Assembly (NCBI GenBank): GCA_951406725.2
Contig: OX597817.1
Span: 164,114,001 to 164,178,000 of the forward strand
DNA: 64,000 nt
From: Octopus vulgaris
Lineage: Eukaryota
Direction: 5' to 3'
Shown here: positions 1-12,313 of the stretch, in pieces
Layout: each line of letters opens with the position of its first letter
Position numbering within the stretch: position 1 is the first letter of the stretch
Program-made: the position numbers and the translations under genes
Notes under the pieces: model-generated
Databases searched by the model: none
What the model was told of the DNA's origin: nothing
Seen by the model: only the letters and a program-made list of their open reading frames with translations

Positions 1-605
1 TAATCGGCTTAATCCGTTTGTCTGTCCTTGTTTGTCCTCTCTGTGTTTAGTCCCTTGTGGGTAGTAAAGAAATAGGTATTCCGTCTGTCTTTATGTTCTG
101 AGTTCAAATTCCGCCGAGGTCGACTTTGCCTTTCATCCTTCCAGAGTCGATTAAATAAGTGCCAGTTACACACTGGGGCGATATAATCGACTTAATCCGT
201 TTGTCTGTCCTTGTTTGTCCTCTCTGTGTTTAGTCCCTTGTGGGTAGTAAAGAAATAGGTATTCCGTCTGTCTTTATGTTCTGAGTTCAAATTCCGCCGA
301 GGTCGACTTTGCCTTTCATCCTTCCAGAGTCGATTAAATAAGTGCCAGTTACACACTGGGGCGATATAATCGGCTTAATCCGTTTGTCTGTCCTTGTTTG
401 TCCTCTCTGTGTTTAGTCCCTTGTGGGTAGTAAAGAAATAGGTATTCCGTCTGTCTTTATGTTCTGAGTTCAAATTCCGCCGAGGTCGTCTTTGCCTTTC
501 ATCCCTTCGGGGGTCGATAAATTAAGTACCAGTTGCGAACTGGGGTCGATCTGATCGACTTCATTCTCTCCCAAAAGTTTCGGGCTTTGTGCCTAGAGTA
601 GAAAA
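1..605 (+). repeat. Tandem array of ~183-bp units of a SINE family (Nin-domain-like core)
   Basis: Unit starts recur at 1, 184 and 367; core GCCTTTCATCCTT..GTCGAT.AA..AAGTACCAG; B-box-like GAGTTCAAATTCC. Confidence 0.85.
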
Positions 606-751
606 AATTATTCGAGTCTACTCGATCAAAGCTGACCAAGAACTAAAACAACACCGACAACAACACCGACAACAACGATTTTAATAATTTTTTTGTTTTG
701 CTTTGTTTTGTTATTTTTCATTGATTTTTTTTTTGTTTTTGTTTTTGTCAG

Positions 752-931
752 CCGGAAGTCTCGGTAAGGTGGAGAATATTTGTGAAGCCGGTACACCGAA
801 TGGCTATTGTTTTGGTAAGGTTTCACCCGTCGTCAACTGTATTGGCAATTATAAATGCGTCATTCATCCGAGCAACAACTACGGGCTTTGTTGCCTGAAA
901 CCCTCTGCAACCACGTTCAGCAATGTCCCAT
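752..931 (+). CDS. Coding exon of Kunitz-type protease inhibitor gene: Lustrin/WR1-like cysteine-rich module (upstream exons outside window)
   Basis: Polypyrimidine tract and AG at 750-751. Reads GSLGKVENICEAGTPNGYCFGKVSPVVNCIGNYKCVIHPSNNYGLCCLKPSATTFSNVP, with 6 Cys ending in G-x-CC as in Lustrin_cystein/WR1 repeats. Phase-1 donor gtaaat at 932 joins in frame to the 3123 exon. Confidence 0.75.
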
Positions 932-1155
932 GTAAATATTACAACCTTTCTTTCTTTCTTTTTATTATATTTTTTTTTATCACACCGGTGTTGGTATATT
1001 TGGGTCCCCCGTAACTTAACGTTTCGGCAATAAAGACCGACAGATTAAGTTCCAGTCTTAAAATAAAATTAAGTTCTGGGATCGATTCAATCGACTAAAA
1101 ATTCTTCAAGGTGATGCCCCAGCATGACCGCAATCTAATGACTGAAACAAGTAAA

Positions 1156-1231
<76 letters not shown>

Positions 1232-1236
<5 letters not shown>

Positions 1237-1542
1237 CAGCAAAACAATTAAGATTCAAATGAATTCAAATGAATATGGTACTTAACTTAGATGCACCAGA
1301 ATTCTTTATGGTATTAACCATAAAATTATGTGGGGTGATTATAACCAAGAAAAAAGCAACAAGAATGGATCGGTAGTTTAGTACAATTGTTTCATACTAT
1401 AAACATTTTATTTAAAGCTGCAAATATTACAGCAAATATAATGTCAAGTATTCATCAGCTAAATCACATATAGGTTAAATAAAATGTTTATAGTATGAAA
1501 CAATTGTACTAAACTACCGTTCCATTCTTGTTGCTTTTTTCT

Positions 1543-1548
<6 letters not shown>
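1232..1548. mobile_element. Small foldback element in (TA)n tract, probable non-autonomous or truncated Penelope-like insertion
   Basis: 69-bp inverted arms 1347-1415 and 1475-1543 (1 mismatch), contains the hammerhead, (TA)n on both sides. Confidence 0.65.
1377..1463 (-). ncRNA. Minimal type I hammerhead ribozyme (Penelope-like)
   Basis: Minus strand reads TTTAG-CTGATGA-ATACT...AGTAT-GAAA-C-AATT-G-TA-CTAAA: stem I, intact core, stem II, palindromic minimal stem III, GUA cleavage triplet. Confidence 0.85.
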
Positions 1549-1613
<65 letters not shown>

Positions 1614-3122
1614 CTTATAAACAAGGACCAAAGAAAAAATTCTAATGCCAAATATGCCGAAAAGCGACCATTTTCATTTTTCATTTTTTTATATAATTTC
1701 ATCACATTTACATTCGTTTATGTTTTTATCCCCACTGTGGTCTTGTCTGTCGTTGTGGTGTCCTCTCTATGTTTGGGGCTTATGCCTAATATAGAAATTG
1801 GCTTGATGGGTAGAGGTGAGAAGCAAGTGAGTTTAGGCAAATTCGGGAGACAGTAAGCTTAGTTTAACCAGGCAGCAGAGTCGTAAGAGCATACATGTAG
1901 TATTTACTCTAACGCTCTAAGTTCAAATCTTGCGTAAATCAACATTGCCCTTTATTGTCTTTTATCCTTTCGGAGTCGATAATAAAGTGCCTGTCCAGCG
2001 GAAGTGTTAAAGCATTGGATGAGATGTCCTGCGGTATTTGTACTGACCGTTTGTGTTCTGGCGGCAAGCTACGACAACAGCAACTCTAAGTACCAAGCTA
2101 CGTTGGTTTATTATGAAAAACCTTACTTTCGGACAACACTAACAGCGAGAAGGGAAACTTGCATGCATGGTCAACTGTTTGTCTTTCTCAAGAAAACCTT
2201 GCGCCAGTTGATGCAGATTCATGGCCAATCCTAACCAACGGTCAGAGATTATCATAACATAAACCAATGTCTAACAGGGTTCATAGATAAAGTAAACCAG
2301 TAAAGAGCAGGGTTTATAAGGAAACCCAACATATAATCAAGACGTGTAGGTGCTCTTTAGTTTCGTTTCGCCATCACGGTTCAGGTACCACCTTCAGAAT
2401 AAGGATCAAAATAGAGAATGAAATTATATCCTTGATCGGTGAATCTTACGAAGTAAAACTGTAAAGACGACTTCTATTGTCTTGCGTCGAGCACGATGCC
2501 AGACGCTGCTCAATCGATTGTTACATAAATGATTCTCTCTACGGGGAGTAATTTCAAATAATTAAAAAATTCTTGGCACAATGCATCGAATATGTAAGCA
2601 CTAACCTATTTATTATTTACTTATGCGCCCTTTTTAAGGCCAGCCAGGCTCATGGGCCCGATTTCCCGGTTTCTATGGCGTATGTGCTCCCCCCAGCTGA
2701 ACGGGACGCCAAGAAACAGGAAGAAAGAGTGAGAGAAATTTGGGACGAAAGAGTACAACTGGGGTCGCCACCACCCCCTGCCGGAACCTCGTGGAGCTTT
2801 AGGTGTTTTCGCTCAATAAACACACACAACGCCCGGTCTGGGAATCGAAACCGCGATCCTCCGATCGTGAGTCCGCTGCCCTAACCCCTGGGCCATTGCG
2901 CCTCCACTAAGCACTAACCTATTACCATATGTTATTGTTCGTGTCTATTGTGGTTGACTTGACAGTTGCGGTATTTAAAATTCATTCCTGAATTGAATGT
3001 ATTGTAAGTTTCTACGCATGGTCTTCTGTGAGTGTATGCTGTGTTGCGTATGTTTTATGTGTTGCTGTCAGATGATAGCTTTTAAGATTTCAATTCAATT
3101 TAGTTACCACTTATTATTCCAG

Positions 3123-3278
3123 TATGTGAACAACCCACAAAAGTGGGACTATGTCGCGCCAGAATGCTGCGGTATTTCTTCAACAGCCAATCAGGCCATT
3201 GTGAAATATTTTCATATTCTGGTTGTCAAGGAAACGAGAATAATTTCGAAACTAAAGAAGAATGCGAACAATCTTGCC
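3123..3278 (+). CDS. Coding exon: Kunitz/BPTI domain 1
   Basis: ccag|TA; CEQPTKVGLCRARMLRYFFNSQSGHCEIFSYSGCQGNENNFETKEECEQSC. Canonical 6 Cys and FxYxGCxGNxNNF signature; C|gtaagt phase-1 donor. Confidence 0.93.
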
Positions 3279-3445
3279 GTAAGTTTAATAATATTTTTTT
3301 CAAGCTTCCAATATTAAATCTTCCCACTTATTTATCAAAGGACTGTTACTTCGAATACGAACTTTACTACTCTGTTTATTTACTATCCAATCCTGCCAAA
3401 TTCACGTAAATGCTTATTTTCTTTATTTTTATTTTTCATTTCATA

Positions 3446-4020
3446 TAGTTTCAGCTCACGAGCTGTGGCCATGCTGGGGCACCGCCATTTGGTGTTGCTA
3501 CATAATTTTACTTCACGAATGCTTTTTAACAATTGACATTTGGTGCATGAGAGAGTTTGATGCAGCTGCTCTCATCTGCACCTCCTGCTGCGAAGTTGGT
3601 TCATCTAGGATACCTGACAGGAAGAGGTCCAGCTTTATTTTGAAGACACCTACATCCACCCCATGCTGGTTTCTCAGGTCCTTCGGGAGGATATTGAAGA
3701 GCTGTGGGCCTCTGAAGCCCAGGCTATTGCAGTATCTTGCCCTACATTTTGATGGCAGACTTGGAGTCCTTGGCACTGTGCAGTGGCGCCCAGTCCTAGT
3801 ATTTGTGTAACTCTCGGTGCCAAAGTGTGAGACAAGTCCTTCCAGGATCTTCCAGATGTTTATTATGGCTTATCTTTCTCGCCTATGCTCTAAGGAATAG
3901 AGTCTTAATCTCTTGAGTCTTTCTCAATAGCTTATATGCTGCATAGAGGCTATCTTCGTGTAACTTCGTTGGATTGCCTCAAATCTGAGATTAATTTGAC
4001 ACTGGTTGGTGACCATAGCT
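3446..4020 (-). mobile_element. CR1/L2-type LINE 3' fragment (ORF2 C-terminus and 3' tail)
   Basis: Degenerate EAIQRSYTK..ERLKRLRLYSLEHRRER..WKILEG, then GPQLFNILPKDLRN..VFKIKLDLFLSGILDEP; ends with GGCGGTGCCCCAGCATGGCCACAGCTCGTGAGCTGAAAC. Confidence 0.8.
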
Positions 4021-4219
4021 GAATAGTTTAAACTAAAAGTTATATAGATTGAACTAAAAGTGCCTCAACACTTTTCATTAAACCCATATTAATTCTCTTC
4101 ATAGATAGGTTTGTTTGGTGTGAATAGTAATTGTAAATATAAGAAGCCTTACTTTATCAGCAGGTATCTTCCTGGACTACTTCTGCAAGTTTTCAAGCCA
4201 TCTTAATACTACTACTACT

Positions 4220-5033
4220 ACGTTATTTTCAAAGCATTTTCCCCATTATACGCCGGTTTAGCTATTTTTAAAGGTACCCGAAAAAAACGTGTATCTCGAT
4301 TTACACGAAACTTGTTTTATTCCGTTTGTATTCGCATGAGCATCCGATTCATGATGTCTCCTGCTTTTGTCCCTTTCCTTCTGTTTCGCCAGATGCTCAG
4401 CTCTCCGAGCGTCCGATTCCTGATCTCTCCTGCTTCCATCTCTTTCATTCTGTTCCGCCAGACGCTCAGCCTTTACTTTATCAGTCTCATCGATCATTCT
4501 ATTCGCATGCCTGTCCCGATCTTGGGTAAATATTTCGTAAAGGACTCGTTCGTACCTCAGTGTGAAATCGTTTTTTTCCACGGATGTTTTCAAGTGCATT
4601 CGACGTATCTGACCTCCAAACTTGCTGCAAATCACTTTTTTTTTCGGAAAAGAAAACGGTGGAGGGGTGGCGAGGACCTCGGAGTTTCCCGGGAAACCCC
4701 GATTTTCCCACCAACGGAGTTTTGTTTCGCGGATTTTTTTCTTTTCCTGCTTATTTCGCATACTTTCAACGAATGTGACATCGAAATCACGCGTAAACGG
4801 CTCCTTTCCCCAGAAAAAGAAAGATTTGGCTGCTATTTCTAGCACGCCCTGCTACCATCTAACAGTTATTTCGGGTCCTTTATCGCAAATAATTTTTATT
4901 CCGTTTGTATTCACATTTCGGGGGCACCTTAATTCATAGTATTTTCCCATTATGCGCCAGTTTGACTGCATTAAATGACAGACAAGTGCGCAAGCAAGCA
5001 ATCAGCGAGTTTTAACAGACAGACAGACAGACA

Positions 5034-5082
<49 letters not shown>

Positions 5083-5100
5083 ACAGACAGACAGACAGAC

Positions 5101-5152
<52 letters not shown>
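4220..5152 (-). mobile_element. Probable Helitron-derived fragment with STPR-like 23-aa repeats
   Basis: ORF 4258-4845 has tandem 23-aa units ETDKVKAERLAEQNERDGSRRDQ / ESDARRAEHLAKQKERDKSRRHH; upstream (CTGT)n/(CTAT)n microsatellites; short internal direct repeats. Confidence 0.5.
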
Positions 5153-5155
<3 letters not shown>

Positions 5156-5956
5156 CCAACGTATAGTTTTGGGGGTTTTTTCTGATGAAAATAGGGTGTC
5201 GTTTGAAGAAAATTTGACTGCCATTTCTAGTTGGATCGATTATGCAGAGGTTCCCTCGTAAGCTTAACTTCAACAAAAAATGTTCATATTTGATTAACAT
5301 ATTGATGACATATACTATGTTTAGAGTCTAGAACCATAGGGTAGACTACAGGCATGCATTAGAAATTAGAATTGTATCTCAACCAATTCAAAACTATTTA
5401 CTTTTAAACATGGAAAGTTGTCACTCTAAGAAACATGAAAGACCGAGTTAATCGCTGTGATTTGTTTGTATAAGAGAAACTCTTCCAACTTTGAGAAATA
5501 TTTATTGGCAGATCGCCTAAAATTAAGCATAGCATACTGGAACTACTGTATTGATTAATTCCAAGGATAATTCTATTTGGAAATTCGTGGAAGGTTGCCA
5601 CACTTTTTAAAGTAGAGTTTATTTAGAAATTAATTCTAAAATATTGGGAAAATGTAAATATATGGATGATAAGGATTTGAAAATACATCGATTAGCAAAT
5701 TAAAAATACATTAATTATACTTATTTTAGAAGTGTTGTTTACCGAATTCTCCGTATTTATCTCAAGATTTAAATAGACCGGAACTCTTATCGACAAAATC
5801 ATATTTAATATTATAATTAACCGAAATAATCATAGTTTCAAGTCAGGTTTAACTCTTTTTAGAATCATTTTCCTTATCAAAGGACGCATCTGTATTAACA
5901 CATTTTTTTATAGAGTTCGAATTTAACCTTTATTAGTATTCGATATTTATAATCTA

Positions 5957-6353
5957 CTAGCAGTATCGCCCGGCGTTGCTCGGGTTTGTAAGGGAAATAA
6001 CTATATAAGTATTTTTAGAGAGTTATAGCCAAAAAATAGCAAAAAAATGCATTCAAAATGGAAAAAAATGATGGTAAATTTTTTTTTAAATCGTTGACTC
6101 ATCGTAGAGATTTTTAGAGAGTTACTTCCCTTATATAATAGCGAAAAAATGCATTAAAATGGAATAAAATGATAATAAATTATTTTTAAAATCGTAGACT
6201 CATCGTAGACGCGCGCTAATACCCAGAAGGGCTCGATATGAATCACGACTATAAGATACCCGGTTTTGGTTAAAATGCACTGCAAAATGTGGGAGTAGTT
6301 AGGAATCTAAATCGTAGGAGACAGACACACAACTTCTCTTTTATATATAAAGA
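5957..6353 (-). mobile_element. Non-autonomous Helitron
   Basis: 5' TC-TTTATATATAAAA, 3' hairpin CCCGAGCAACGCCGGG and CTAG, inserted at A^T, no TSD. Confidence 0.8.
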
Positions 6354-6724
6354 TGAACAAACTTAGTTTAGTTAGAACAAGTTATTGGAACCATAAAATA
6401 CGCAAGTTCTTTTGAAATTGAATTTTTTGGTTTTTGCTTTTGTTTGTTTGTTTTTTTTTTTGTTTTTTGAAACCTTAATTCTGGGAATTGTGTAAAATAC
6501 ACATAGGTGTACTGAAGGCGCATGCATAGGTGAGGATCTCTTTGAAAACTGTATTCTTTATCATACACTTGCCACTCCTGTTTTGAGTGTTGTTATCTTT
6601 ACGTCAAGAAACGGACGCTCTCTAGTAAGAGCTTCATACAATAGTCTATGAGAAAGTATTGATTTCTCTCCACCCTTGTGACACAAGCATTTTGAGACAA
6701 GGGTTTAAGATCAGGAAAAAGACA

Positions 6725-6950
6725 AATAAGAAAAGGAAAACCATTTACTTATACCTGTTGGAGAAGCTGTTCCAAATTTAAAGATTATTCGTCTCTCTTT
6801 TGTGTTCATGGGTGCCAGAGAAAACATCGTGAACAACATCTATGGACACTCAAAAATAATCAACAAATTTGATAAGTGATTACGTGTGTCTAGAGAATGT
6901 CTAACAAAAAGACCTCGAAAGTTTTACGCTTTTAAAAGAAAGAGAAGACA
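6725..6950 (-). mobile_element. Second Penelope-like GIY-YIG C-terminal fragment
   Basis: Minus strand ERRIIFKFGTASPTGISKWFSF resembles the PLE terminal motif E..LIF.LGT..P.GIN..FSF. Confidence 0.5.
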
Positions 6951-7974
6951 GAACTGAAGGAGCGTGGTGGTTACAGCTTCAAATCAGAAGAAGGCGGAGG
7001 TTATGGAGAATGTACATTCTTAGCAGAAGGAAGACTGGATAGAAAATAAATTGAAAAGGAATTCGGTGATTCACTTCTTCAAACTTAAATATCGATTATA
7101 TTGAATCCAGTATTCAACAGGTACTTATTTTATTGACCCCGAAAGAATGACAAAGTGGACCTCGACGGAGTTTGAACGCAGACCGTAAAGACAGACGAAA
7201 TACCTATTTCTTTACTACCCACAAGGGGCAAAACACAGAGAGGACAAACAAGGACAGACAAACGGATTAAGTCGATTATATCGACCCCAGTGCGTAACTG
7301 GTACTTATTTAATCGACCCCGAAAGGATGAAAGGCAAAGTCGACCTCGGCAGAATTTGAACTCAGAACGTAACGGCAGACGAAATACGGCTACACATTTT
7401 GCCCGGCGTGCTAACGTTTCTGCCAGCTCGCCGCCTTATTATTTGTAAATATTGTTTGCATAACTTTGTGAGATATTTTACTACATTGAACGTCGTTTAC
7501 GACAATCTCAAAGTATGAGAAGTGAGTCATTAAGTGATTTGTGTATATTTGGTGGCGTCGTAGATGTATGAAAGCCTCTGAAGTAATATCAGCCAGACCA
7601 TTTATCATTTCTAATTATCAGCGGGAAATTTGATGGTCGTATCTTCAATGCGCATCGAGAAATTTTCTTGGGTGCTCACAGCGTAGTTTCCACCAAGATA
7701 ATAAGTTAGTTTGACTTACAGAAGCTCTCTTTGTGTTTGCTTCGCAGGTCAAGGGGAAGTTTAAGAGTAAGAATAACGATAAGGGGATTAGATAGTGGAT
7801 AGTGAAATGAATGTGTCTGAAATGTGTTTATTTCTTTTTGCGATGTGTTTCAGGGTTTGCTTGTGCTCATACTAGTTATATTGTGCTTTTGGGGGAATGT
7901 GTGTATGTGTGTATGTGTGTATAAACATACATACATACATACAGATAGGTAGATAGACTCTCTCTCTCTCTCTA

Positions 7975-8010
<36 letters not shown>

Positions 8011-8224
8011 CGCCGGGGGTGTTTGTCTCCCCTTCGTATATGTATATAAGGACACAGGAAAAAATGTGTCAAAGCCATCAGGAGGCGTTCGATGCTTCCT
8101 AGGGCTATACAGCGGTGGTGTACCCCCTACTGTCACGTTCTTGTTAGATTGACAGTATACAATCATTCTATCGCCCCACCACCGTACATGTCTCTACGAG
8201 AGATTTAGAAATTCAATATTTCTT

Positions 8225-8239
<15 letters not shown>

Positions 8240-8257
<18 letters not shown>

Positions 8258-11020
8258 CCTACAATTAACAATATCAATTCTAATAATAACCACGATTCTA
8301 ATAATTCATCATATAACACTACTACACTACCCACAAATACGAATTGCAATTTCAGAGACCCTAATGCTTGTAAATCAGAAAGAAACTGTAAAAAGAAAGA
8401 CGTTGTATACCAGGCAACAATTATCACGCAGGACTCATCGAGTTTTATATATATATATATAGGTTGCGGATCCACCTTCAGAGACCATAGAAAAGAGAAC
8501 AGTACCGATCCATCAAAAGAAACAATATTAAATTCTCAATTTCCTGGAAAATTCTAACTTCGGCCCCTTCTTACAGAAATAACAATAAAATTTGTAGATT
8601 ATGTCTAGAAGAAAGCTAGAATATAATGAGAATGAATTGAAACCTAGTTAATACGAGGGATGAAAAGGTTGCCTCATGCAAACACATGACTAAATTTCTA
8701 TTCACTAGTCTAAAATAACTATTTACTACCTTATTTCTTAGTTTGATCTTTTTTTAAAAAAATTCACATTATATTCTCGCCTATTACTCAATATAGAACC
8801 TTACCCTATCCCCACATTGTATTACTATAACATAAATTCCCTTTATATACTTTCCTTGATGATAACTAAAGAACCTTCTGCATGTATGTCTCTCTATACT
8901 TTTTCCTCATATGCTTGGATATATGAACTTATACCGGTATATTTTCTTATTTACTCCTGTTTTTGCACATATGTTTTTGCGTTTATGTGTGCTATCTATG
9001 TGCTTACATATGTATGCGTATATATACATGCATACATGTGAGTATAGACCATTATGTGTGTGTATGTATATATATATATATATATGCATATATCTATATG
9101 CAGGTGTATATGGGTGTTGTATGCACATTCCTATGGATATGTGTAAGATACACCATCTTCTGCATGTAGTTTGTATAACTATGTATTTGTATTTGAGTAT
9201 GCATACACATTTCTACCTATATGTATACCCTTATATACGTATGTATATGTACTGTAATTTTTTGCTCCCCTCCTCTAAACATATCTACTTCACTAAATAC
9301 TTGCATATGTTATTAGTTTTTCTATCGTACAATTAAGTATATTTTCAGCACTGGTACATATACATCTGTATTTTATAGTGCGGTTGTGCGTGTTTGTATC
9401 TATTATCAGTATATCTATGTATACCTCTATGTGTATCTATGTATATATGTGTTTTTTGTGTATACGTATCTATGTCTATAGATATGTAAGTACGTGTATA
9501 TGTATGTATATAAATGTGTGTGTATATCTGCATATATATGTACACGTATGTATGTGTATATGCATATACGTGTTTATTTACATATGTATGTGTATATTTG
9601 TACATATAAATTCATGTGCTGTATATATTTGTTTATCTATATGCTTATATGTGTATGTACACCTATATTTACATATTTGATTGTATATACATTCAGTCTA
9701 CTCCATATATGATAAGCATTTATCCTATAATTTTGTAACTTTATATGTAACCCTACATGTGTCTATCAACTCGTCGATCGTAATAATTATTATTTTTAAT
9801 ATGTTCACAAGCATTGAACCTATATAACATTACGATCATATATAGCCATACCTTATCCTTATCACATAATACTCAGTAAGAATAATACTCTTGACATAAA
9901 ATTTTATATATACAAAATATTCCTTTTGTATAGCTTTATCCTACACATTCAAAACATTTGTCTTTAATCTATGTTTCTTTTATGTTTAACATTCACTTCT
10001 CCCATTACATCCCATACTTGATCACTATTTTTTCTTCTTATTTATCTCCCCTTTTTCGCCCTCTCTAATTTATTACCTTATCGCTTCTATATTTCTCTTC
10101 TTACTATATCTCCTAATATGTTATCTTATCTCTATTCATAAAAATGACTTCGTAAGTATATACAACCTTAATTGTCATATTTCCATTTGAATTACTACTT
10201 ATCCTCATCTTCTCCTTTATTATACTTCCATGGTACCTTAATATGGATCTTGAGTAAACAAGAATCCTTAATCCACTTCCACTTCATTCTTTTTAATTCT
10301 TCCCCCTCCTCCTATATTTTTATAAATGACTTCATTAACTTTTTAGTATAAGCTTTACAAACATTTTTTTTACGCTCAACTTTCTTCATCTGTTTATAAA
10401 AAAATACCAAGTATTGTTTCTAACGGTTAGATTTAATTTACATTAAATAATGTTTTCTCATTGGACATTTCTCTAAATTATTCGCCCTATGCTGCTTATA
10501 TGGAGATTTAATTAGCAAATATATACTAATCTATAAAGAGAGTTTTATCGATATCTCTAAATTTATATCATCCCCTATACGTTCAGCTGTTAGTTTTGGT
10601 TTAAAATTTGACATGGTTCCCATCACTATCGCACACAAATAGGAACAGATAAACATGGAACTCATAGATCCAACTTTTTGGCTCTTTTTTTAAGTTCCTA
10701 TTATTATTTTCTCTCTGCACTGATGAGTACTATGATAATTTTTAAATTCAAATATGAATTTATATCTATACACGAAACAATTGTATGCATGAATAAACTT
10801 CTTACAACTTTTTAACCTCTTATCTCCTCCATTTTTGACAAATATGATTGGATTTGTTTGTAAAACTTCATTTCATAAATTAATCATACACTTAATATTC
10901 TAATACTACTTTTCATATCTTCACCAATTTTCACCAGTAAACTATCAGAAAAGTAAGAAGAATCAACGTAACAAATCTTTTTGAACACCACTCCAATTAA
11001 AGGACAATACCACATTCAAC
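8240..11020 (+). mobile_element. Penelope-like retroelement remnant (degenerate GIY-YIG endonuclease, AT-rich 3' region, hammerhead)
   Basis: 8340-8700 reads CNFRDPNACKSERNCKKKDVVYQATI..YIG..WKILTSAPSYRNNNKICRLCLEE..NTRDEKVASCKH, matching the PLE GIY-YIG C-terminal pattern, with frameshifts. Boundaries approximate. Confidence 0.65.
10716..10789 (+). ncRNA. Minimal type I hammerhead ribozyme (Penelope-like)
   Basis: TGCA-CTGATGA-GT...(extended AT-rich stem II including TAAATTCA/TGAATTTA)...AC-GAAA-C-AATT-G-TA-TGCA. Confidence 0.78.
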
Positions 11021-11149
11021 TTGTTACACGCGTATGTGTGCATATGTATGTATACGAAGGTATATATGTATATTTCTATTGTTATATACATATATATATG
11101 TATGTATGCATATGTATATATGTGTTATAATATCCTAACTTATATATCT

Positions 11150-11358
11150 CTCTTTTACTCTTTTACTTGTTTCAGTCATTTGACTGCGGCCATGCTGGAG
11201 CACCGCCTTTAATTGAGCAACTCGACCCCAGGACTTATTCTTTGTAAGCCCAGTACTTATTCTATCGGTCTCTTTTGCCGAACCGCTAAGTGACGGGGAC
11301 GTAAACACACCAGCATCGGTTGTCAAGCAATGCTAGGGGGACAAACACAGACACACAA

Positions 11359-11395
<37 letters not shown>

Positions 11396-11564
11396 CATAT
11401 ATACGACAGGCATCTTTCAGTTTCCGTCTACCAAATCCACTCACAAGGCATTGGTCGGCCCGGGGCTATAGCAGAAGACGCTTGCCCAAGATGCCACGCA
11501 GTGGGACTGAACCCGGAACCATGTGGTTGGTTAGCAAGCTACTTACCACACAGCCACTCCTGCG

Positions 11565-11566
<2 letters not shown>
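11150..11566 (-). mobile_element. tRNA-derived CORE-like SINE
   Basis: Full-length reverse copy of the 19949 family. Confidence 0.85.
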
Positions 11567-11663
<97 letters not shown>

Positions 11664-11979
11664 GAACACTGTGCTTGTTCATAGATAAATATAGTACGTC
11701 TATGAGTTCAGTTCACTTAAATATAGTGCCTCAGTTTTTGGGAATTATAATGTGAATAATAAGGGTTTGTTTTTGCTTATATTCTTTAATGTTCTGTGGT
11801 TTTTGATATTATTATTAAATTCGTGGCAATATAAAATGGGGAATATATACATTATTCTTTATATATATGAACAAGAAGCAGTTGAGAGTTTGTCAAGATT
11901 AAAATATTAGAAACATAAATATTGAGCACTAAACGTAAAAACAAAAGAATCTAGATTTTTCCAAATTTTCCTCTTGCCT

Positions 11980-11988
11980 ATGTGTATG

Positions 11989-12033
<45 letters not shown>

Positions 12034-12278
12034 CTGTGTATGTATATATATATATGTGTGTGTATATGCATTTATTATGTATCTAAATATGCATGTATAT
12101 GTGTGTGTGTGCGTGTCTATGTGTGAATAAATGTACACATCTATATATGAGGTATGTATATATGAAGCACGATTCTATACATATGTATGTATATATGAGT
12201 GCGTAAGTGTGCATGTGTGTGTATATGATGTATCAACGCCGTGCGTATGTATTGTAAGTATACATATGCATATATGCT

Positions 12279-12313
<35 letters not shown>

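Noticed and set aside
1-605. CRISPR-like regular repeats
   Set aside because: Units are contiguous, near-identical 183-bp SINE segments with no unique spacers, in eukaryotic DNA.
11320-11688. Recurrent ORFs such as [14 protein letters not shown] / [13 protein letters not shown]
   Set aside because: Translations of a high-copy SINE, not genes.
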